Assembly: GCA_040219255.1 (NCBI GenBank)
Contig: JAVJSW010000012.1
Location: 32,001-96,000 of the forward strand
DNA length: 64,000 bases
Source of the DNA: Sumerlaeia bacterium
GTDB taxonomy: Bacteria > Sumerlaeota > Sumerlaeia > SLMS01 > JAHLLQ01
Reading direction: 5' to 3'
How positions within the stretch are numbered: the stretch's first letter is position 1; each line of letters starts with the position of its first letter. Below the pieces are notes generated by a model, which was given only the letters and a program-made list of their open reading frames with translations, was not told the DNA's origin and did not search any database. This document shows positions 59,001 to 64,000 of this stretch, one piece after another. The position numbers and the translations under genes were made by a program.

Positions 59001-59863
59001 TCGCCGGCGCGCTGCGTGGTCAGCCAGTCGGTCAGCGCGCGCTCGCTTTCCTGGCGCGCGAAGTCGCGGAAAAGGGAGTGGGCCTCGGGCGAAGCCAGGA
59101 ATTGGCGCAAATCCTCGCACCCTTCGCCGGTTCTGCCGTACCCATGGCCGAGAGGCTCGGTCAACTGAACGAACTGCCTCAGGGCTTGGATTGGGTTGGC
59201 GATCGCCGTCAGCGACCGAATCTTCCAGTACGATCCCCAATGCCGGTTCGACTGGCCGACTGTCCGGCGAAAGCCCTTGTCGATCCACCGCTCCCGCTGG
59301 GCCGGTGTCTTCGCCCTCAGATAAGTCCGCCACCACGGCTCCGCCTCGTCCTCCCGCGCCGACTCGCCCGCTTCGATCACCAGCCGGTGGCAACCCTGAT
59401 ACGGCGAAATGGGCGGTGTCGATTTGCCCAGCAGCCACGCCCCGGGAAGCAAATCGTCGAACCTTTGCAGCCCATCGCATCCCCGCGCCAGAGCGTAGCC
59501 GATCACCCCCAGCGCCACCGCGTAGGTGTGTTTGCAATCGAAGGCCACGGGGCAGTCGCATTGCGTTTCGATCCCTTCCGCGCGGGTCAGGATCAACCGC
59601 GTCCGATAGGGCCGCGTGGCCGATCCGTCCACCGATGCGGTGATTTCATCGGGCAACGCGTCCGCCCGCAGGACCCGCCCTTCCAGAGCGTACTTGCGCC
59701 CCCTCTGGGCCGCGCCGGAACCGTCGAGCAAATCCAGGAATTCGAACAGTTGATCGCCCCAGGCGGGATCGAAGATCAGCTCGGACCCGGAAACGGGCCT
59801 GTTCTTGCGGTCGGTTTTTCGGCTCGGAGACAAACAGCCCGGCCCCCCTCGAAAAGATTGCAT
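56024..59863 (-). CDS. SWIM zinc finger-SNF2 family helicase
   Basis: CDCPVAFDCKH SWIM motif; LRVYQ, DDMGLGKTLQ, DEAQ.LKN, LTGTPVEN, FSQF, SLKAGG.GL, DPWWNP, DRAHRIGQ; start uncertain (59863/59881/59884). Confidence 0.92.
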   Translation of the reverse strand: MQSFRGGPGCLSPSRKTDRKNRPVSGSELIFDPAWGDQLFEFLDLLDGSGAAQRGRKYALEGRVLRADALPDEITASVDGSATRPYRTRLILTRAEGIETQCDCPVAFDCKHTYAVALGVIGYALARGCDGLQRFDDLLPGAWLLGKSTPPISPYQGCHRLVIEAGESAREDEAEPWWRTYLRAKTPAQRERWIDKGFRRTVGQSNRHWGSYWKIRSLTAIANPIQALRQFVQLTEPLGHGYGRTGEGCEDLRQFLASPEAHSLFRDFARQESERALTDWLTTQRAGDGPGAPLGKLELRWVPEADADGLWDMNVQLLLTSGTLVASPRKPDAILRLQKEVAGGTRELDRQSRALLAWAVRDAEALNTTFMRREDLWPLEEAIHWFSRWSGDAAALWEDLSEPLVFESEEANLSLVGTEGSGFQWVVRLPGREDPEPLDPDRLVLDGGGRAFWRDGATLRPIFTGGMPRRILAALSAAGETSLAALRQSGLGEVLVRRLLPEAARGEAAGSNGALLREVPVRTQIHYRLLGGHFLVSAMAEGAGTRSFERSAPWSWLSSSGPLPVGAELEPTSASDLAEDDRVIADAGGEALAVFPARKDLAPTEDWLTRIIPERAKPEALESGEIVWKWKATTEAIIGLAVVWEDRPRTVTHLANEAFRDLLTLRGTPSPTASASVSANLGGTWLDVRLDWRDEYKSLRAPEIQEALTQQTGGLVVLKGSMVFRRDALEEARREIEWLAEMGIDAQESNHRVHIMQMLGRGSEGLLKHGHGSVRLNELAKAARSSLENFRGVPAAPIAKETDAPLRVYQREGADFLVWAGQTFGGAVLSDDMGLGKTLQMLAALTALRTHLAGKGKRKKAVLPALVVCPASVAHAWRREAERFVPSLKKVVVLESGAGRKEVLKDLANHDLVIMNYALARRDQAVLEKQPFLAIVADEAQALKNANTATAKALRSLTAHYRFALTGTPVENRLEDLWSILAFAVPGYLGPVDRLPKGDSSDSAWVALRARLRPVLLRREKTRVAPELPPRIEERVDCELTTPQRRAYLAQVKRTKEALAAAKKAPKGPGQGKARMTLLADLTRLRQICCDPALAGLGDMASGKVKEFESLVADLIDSGEKVLVFSQFVKMLQRLEPHLNRAGIPYRMLTGDTKNRQELIEAFEAETKPSVFLISLKAGGTGLTLTSASHVILFDPWWNPAVEAQAIDRAHRIGQQKPVVALRLVAQGTIEERIAELQEHKRSLVEGLMDEGQFHRRLGFEDIAYLLGEGPAPGLDEPD

Positions 59864-59920
59864 CCCCAAGGACACTCCCATCATGTTACGCCTAAATTTC
59901 GTGTGCGCAAGGGAGCAATT

Positions 59921-60673
59921 GTGCGGCTCAGAGGAGTAACCATCACCGGACTGGAAGGCAAGCCCGAGGCGATTCTCTCCGCCGCCTTGGGCGAAGCATC
60001 TCTGCCCGGGCCGCTCCGCGTCTGGGGCAATCCGGAAATCCTCCTCGCGCCCCGCGCCGCCATCGCCGGCAGCCGCCAGGCCAGCCCCCGCTCCCTCGCC
60101 GCCATCGAAGGTCTCGCCGTCGCCCTCGCCCAGCGCGGCCTTTGCCTGGTCAGCGGCGGCGCCCACGGCACCGATTGCGCCGCCCACGCGGCCTGCCTCG
60201 GCGCCGGGGGCCGCACCGTCGTGGTGCTGCCTTGCGCCCTCGAGGACATCGACCTCGCCACCTGGCGCCCGAGGCTGGCGGGGCTGTGGAACGAGGAGCG
60301 GACGCTGTTCGTTTCGCCCTTCGCGCCCGGGTACCGCCCGACGCGCTCCAGCCCGGTCCTGCGCAATCGGCTGATTGCCTCCCTGGCGCAGGCCGCCGTC
60401 GCGGGCGAGACGGGATTGCAGGGCGGCACCAACCACTTTCTGACCTTCGCCCACGAGCGCCGGCTGCCGATTTTTCTCCTCGATGTGTACGGCGAAGACC
60501 CCGCCATGGCGCAGGCCCTCGCGCTGTTTCGCCAGCAGGGCGCCCGCACGTTCACGCCGGACGACGCCTTTTCCGGCGGGTTCGCCGACCATATCGCCCG
60601 CGCCGCCACCGTCTGGCGCCCGGCCCCGAGGCCCGGCGGCCAATTGGCTCTCTTTGGCGAGGACGCGCCATGA
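59921..60673 (+). CDS. dprA: DNA-processing protein DprA (Rossmann core only)
   Basis: AIAGSR.AS, VSGGAHGTD..AH, T..VLP, RNRLIASL, GGT; GGGAG RBS before GTG. Confidence 0.8.
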   Translation: MRLRGVTITGLEGKPEAILSAALGEASLPGPLRVWGNPEILLAPRAAIAGSRQASPRSLAAIEGLAVALAQRGLCLVSGGAHGTDCAAHAACLGAGGRTVVVLPCALEDIDLATWRPRLAGLWNEERTLFVSPFAPGYRPTRSSPVLRNRLIASLAQAAVAGETGLQGGTNHFLTFAHERRLPIFLLDVYGEDPAMAQALALFRQQGARTFTPDDAFSGGFADHIARAATVWRPAPRPGGQLALFGEDAP

Positions 60674-62964
60674 CATCCGCCTCCCGCTTTGCCCGCGTCG
60701 CCCTCAATCGCCCCATGCCGCCCTATACCTACGCGGTGCCGGAGTTCCTCGCCGGGAAGATCGCCCCCGGCGGACTTGTGAAGGTGCCCCTCGGAAAGAA
60801 AGCCGAAGTCGGTTTCGTGGTCGAAATGACCGATCACGACGAAGGCCTCGGGAAGAAGGTGAAAGCCATCGCCGACGTGGCGTCGCCGGAATACGCGATG
60901 ACGCCGGAGTTGATGGCGCTGGCGCAATTTGTCGCCTCGTATTACTTTTGTAGCATCGGCGAAGCCCTTGCCACCGTGTCCGTCGTGGGCTTTCGCGATG
61001 TGCAGACCCAGCGCGCCGCGACGTTCCGGCTGAGGCCCGATTGGGAAGCCCTCGCCCGGGGCCTGACCATGAAGCAGCGGGCGGCCTGCGAAGCCCTGGC
61101 CGTCATGGGATTCCCCGCCGCCACCCGCCCCGCCCTGGGCGAGAGCGCCGGCGTCAGCACGGCCATCATCGGCAAGCTGGGCGAGGCCGGGCTGCTGGAA
61201 GCCGCCGACCCGGATTTGCCGCCTCCCGCGCCGGTGGAAACCGCCGCCGACGCCGATCTCGCCCTCCTGCCCGATCAGCGCAAAGCCCTCGACGCCATCA
61301 CGGGCGCCATCGACGCCGGGGAGTTCGCCGCCTTTCTGCTCTTTGGCGTCACCGGCAGCGGCAAGACCGAGGTTTATCTGCAAGCCATGAAGCGCGTCCT
61401 CGAGCGCGGGGGGACGGCGCTGTGCCTGGTGCCGGAAATCAGCCTGACGCCGCAGACGCTGGCGCGCTTCGAAGCCCGCTTCGGGCCGCTGGGCGCGGAA
61501 ATCGGAGTCTTCCACAGCCAGCAGACGCGCCGCGAAAAACTCGTCCTCTACCGCCGCATCCAGGCCGGCCGCGTCCGCATCGTCATCGGGGCGCGGTCGG
61601 CGGTGTTTTCGCCCCTGCCCCGGCTCGGCCTGATCGTGGTCGATGAGGAGCACGACGGCTCCTACAAGCAGGGCGAGACGCCTCGCTATCACGCCCGCGA
61701 TATCGCCGTGCTGCGGGCCAATCGGCTCAAAATCCCCGTCGTTCTCGGCAGCGCCACGCCCAGCCTCGAGTCCTATCACAACGCGGAAATGGGCAAGTAC
61801 CGGCTGCTGACCCTGACCGAGCGCGCGTCGGGCGAAGCGCTGCCCCCGGTGCGCGTCGTGGACATGGCCGAGCAGGTCGTCGCCCAGGGCAACATGAGCC
61901 TGTTCAGCGTCGAGCTGCGCGCAGCCATCGCCGAGCGCCTCAAACGCGGCGAGCAAACGCTGCTGTTCCTGAACCGGCGCGGATTCAGCAATTTCCTCTT
62001 CTGCCCGTCCTGCAAGTGGGTCGCGCGATGCGACGACGACGACATCGCGATGACGGTGCATCGCCACGGCGGCGCGCGGAACGATGAAAACGCCGAGCTG
62101 GACCTGTTCGTGCCCGACGCCGATGTGGGCGGCAAGGCGGTGCTGAAATGCCACTTCTGTGGCGTGAAAGCCGACGCGCCCAAGGTCTGTCCCGAGTGCC
62201 AGTACGAAGAGCTGATGTCCGTCGGCAGCGGCACCCAGCGCGTCGAGCGCGAGCTGGCCACCCTCTTTCCCGACGCCCGCGTGCTGCGCCTGGACCAGGA
62301 CACGACGCGCGGCCGCCAGGCCTTTATTGACGCCTGGGAGCAGATGACGCGCGGCGACGCCGACATCATCCTCGGCACGCAGATGATCGCGAAGGGTCTG
62401 CACCTGGAAAAGGTCACCTTGGTGGGCGTGATGCTGGCCGATGTGGGGCTCTTCCAGCCCGATTTCCGCGCCGAAGAACGCACCTTCAGCGTCCTGACCC
62501 AGGTGGCTGGCCGCGCGGGCCGCAGCAGCGCCGGTCAGGTGATTCTGCAAACCTACCTGCCGCGCCACCACACGATCCGCTTCGCCTGCAACCACGACTA
62601 CACCGGCTACTACCGGGCGGCCGCGCCCAAACGCCGCCAGATCGGGTTTCCGCCCTTTGGCAAGCTGATCGCCCTGACGCTGAGCGACCCCGACCGCGAC
62701 AAGGCCTGGGCCGCGGGCAAGACCCTGGGGAACATCCTCTACCGCCTGAAATACCACACGAACGCCCGCGACGTGGTCATCAATGGCCCGCTGGTGGCGC
62801 CGATTTCGAGGCTGGCGGGGCGGTTTCGCTACCGCCTGATGCTGCGCGGAGAAAGCCCCAGCCGCGTCGCCGGGCTGCTGCGCAGCGCCCTCGCCGACCG
62901 CGAGTACAAACTCCCCGCCACCACCCGCGTCGCCATCGACGTGGACCCGATGGATTTGCTGTAG
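60670..62964 (+). CDS. priA: Primosomal protein N' (replication restart helicase)
   Basis: GVTGSGKTEVY, LVPEISLTPQ, GARSA.F, DEEHD.SYKQ, GSATPSLES, LNRRG, Cys cluster, GTQMIAKG, DFRA.ER, QVAGRAGR. Confidence 0.97.
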   Translation: MTSASRFARVALNRPMPPYTYAVPEFLAGKIAPGGLVKVPLGKKAEVGFVVEMTDHDEGLGKKVKAIADVASPEYAMTPELMALAQFVASYYFCSIGEALATVSVVGFRDVQTQRAATFRLRPDWEALARGLTMKQRAACEALAVMGFPAATRPALGESAGVSTAIIGKLGEAGLLEAADPDLPPPAPVETAADADLALLPDQRKALDAITGAIDAGEFAAFLLFGVTGSGKTEVYLQAMKRVLERGGTALCLVPEISLTPQTLARFEARFGPLGAEIGVFHSQQTRREKLVLYRRIQAGRVRIVIGARSAVFSPLPRLGLIVVDEEHDGSYKQGETPRYHARDIAVLRANRLKIPVVLGSATPSLESYHNAEMGKYRLLTLTERASGEALPPVRVVDMAEQVVAQGNMSLFSVELRAAIAERLKRGEQTLLFLNRRGFSNFLFCPSCKWVARCDDDDIAMTVHRHGGARNDENAELDLFVPDADVGGKAVLKCHFCGVKADAPKVCPECQYEELMSVGSGTQRVERELATLFPDARVLRLDQDTTRGRQAFIDAWEQMTRGDADIILGTQMIAKGLHLEKVTLVGVMLADVGLFQPDFRAEERTFSVLTQVAGRAGRSSAGQVILQTYLPRHHTIRFACNHDYTGYYRAAAPKRRQIGFPPFGKLIALTLSDPDRDKAWAAGKTLGNILYRLKYHTNARDVVINGPLVAPISRLAGRFRYRLMLRGESPSRVAGLLRSALADREYKLPATTRVAIDVDPMDLL

Positions 62965-63212
62965 GGAAGGGGTGTGGCGGGGGATATTGAGGGATTGGGA
63001 AAGGTTCGTCATGGCGAGGCGCCTCCTGGGATTCGAGATCGAACAGGAAGGAGGGTCTCACAGGCCGGACGGTTTGTCCCCTCATGTGGCGCTTGTGGAG
63101 CAAGATAGACAAAATAGACTTACTGCACTTATCAGACACCAGGAGCTTACGAAGGGTAAGTTGAGGGAACGGAGGGATTGAGAGCCGCGAGATGGGCACG
63201 AATGGAGATTGT

Positions 63213-63345
63213 TCGTAGTCCCGCCTTCAGGCGGAATGGGGGGGAGGCCGAGGTAGTCAACAGCCCGCACGATGGGGGGCGAGGCAGGTGGCTGGCGCAG
63301 AAGCAAGGTGGATGTTCGGCTTGCCGCCTGAAGGCGGAACTACGA
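63213..63345. repeat. GTAG-family REP doublet (REPIN-like inverted pair)
   Basis: TCGTAGTCCCGCCTTCAGGCGG (63213-63234) and inverted CCGCCTGAAGGCGGAACTACGA (63324-63345), 21/22 match, each with palindrome CCGCCT-NN-AGGCGG and a GTAG foot. Confidence 0.8.
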
Positions 63346-63351
63346 GCGGCG

Positions 63352-63519
63352 GGCAACCACACCTTCCGGGCGACTGGCATCACAGCGTTTATGGACAACG
63401 GAGGGCGCCTCGAAGACGCGGCCGCCATCGCGGCCCACGAATCGACCCGCACGACGATGCTCTACGACCGCACGGGGGAGAAGGTGACCTTGGATAAGAT
63501 CGAGCGGGTGCGGATATAA
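63352..63519 (+). pseudogene. C-terminal remnant of a tyrosine recombinase/integrase
   Basis: GNHTFRATGITAFMDNGGRLEDAAAIAAHESTRTTMLYDR = H-x-x-R ... H ... Y catalytic box II; no N-terminal part upstream. Confidence 0.8.
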
Positions 63520-63771
63520 CGTCCGTCAAGGCGACAGGGATCCCGCCCGGCGACCCGGCGGGCCGAATCGGGCTGAGGCCGCGCAGCGTCATGGTCAGAA
63601 GTTCGTCGTCCGCCAGGTCTTCTGCCAAGAGCATGACACTTCCAGCCAAGCCATGCCCGATGCCAGATTGATCGTTGCTCAGGCGTAAAATGCCAGTGCG
63701 AAATTCGGGGGCGACTCCGCTGACGAGGGGTAATTCATCGGGGCGGTCGTCGACGACTCAGCCTCCTTGAT

Positions 63772-63999
63772 TTAGCTATCCCCGTCTATTCGAGGCAACT
63801 CGTAGACCAGCAGTTCCTTGTCGGCTGTAGGGACAACGAAGTGATGCTGGAGGAAGATCGCCGGGGCCACAATATGCTTTTCCTCCCTCCAGCAAGAAAC
63901 GAGTTTTCCACTGCGTCTCTCGAAGAGAGCCAACTCCGATCCGATTTCTGCCCCTAGGAGGAAGTCGTCATTGGCGCTGATACAGTGATATACCCTCTG
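63772..63999 (-). CDS. 3' end of a gene running off the window, possibly a PQQ/BamB-like beta-propeller
   Basis: Open frame from the window edge: ...LALFERRSGKLVSCW...APAI....FVVPTADKELLVYELPRIDGDS*. Confidence 0.4.
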   Translation of the reverse strand, partial: QRVYHCISANDDFLLGAEIGSELALFERRSGKLVSCWREEKHIVAPAIFLQHHFVVPTADKELLVYELPRIDGDS

Positions 64000-64000
64000 A

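Noticed and set aside
59885-60676. N-terminal ~264 aa of the 1550-aa SNF2 ORF as a fusion domain
   Set aside because: It is the antisense read of dprA; SWIM-SNF2 homology begins near 59800.
59881-63012. 1043-aa - strand ORF
   Set aside because: Antisense shadow of dprA-priA.
62972-63181. Short ORF after priA, and the - strand ORF 63389-63649
   Set aside because: No recognisable homology; the second overlaps the integrase remnant. Left uncalled.

Overview
GC-rich bacterial chromosomal window made up mostly of housekeeping and cell-envelope genes. The lineage is uncertain. The C-terminal 'TAVRSWALY' motif on a secreted FG-GAP protein is the kind of tail I associate with Candidatus Sumerlaeota/BRC1, but that is an inference. 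In order, the window carries: a CX5R phosphatase (5'-truncated), rpmG, a degenerate ZnuA-like protein, an MMPL transporter with a LolA/LolB-like lipoprotein, a treZ-GH57-treY trehalose operon, a D-aminoacylase, a NERD-nuclease/SF1-helicase, a hybrid histidine kinase, mutL, a cytochrome c plus sensor kinase, pgeF, a PilM-like gene, ftsH, pilT, lipB, an FG-GAP protein, secA, ogt, a GHL10-like protein, tadA, yjbQ, a serine hydrolase, moaC, a Pmp3 peptide, a methyltransferase, aroB, secG, ppa, queE/queC/queF, an MBOAT+SGNH pair, tRNA-Thr and tRNA-Tyr, a TPR protein, phhB, elbB, an amidase-like surface protein, a SWIM-SNF2 helicase, dprA, priA, and a REP doublet abutting a tyrosine-recombinase remnant. 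The main oddities are: (1) SecA carries an inserted AMP-binding (ANL) C-terminal-like domain; (2) a signal-peptide-bearing ORF ending in RGPP sits upstream of ogt-secA and is a candidate SecM-like arrest peptide; (3) two ~306-nt elements share conserved tandem-unit inverted ends around strongly diverged but collinear interiors; (4) the queC-queE leader contains a candidate pseudoknot riboswitch; (5) an unannotated Cys-rich microprotein lies antisense to tadA. All calls come from reading the sequence by eye; no database searches were run.
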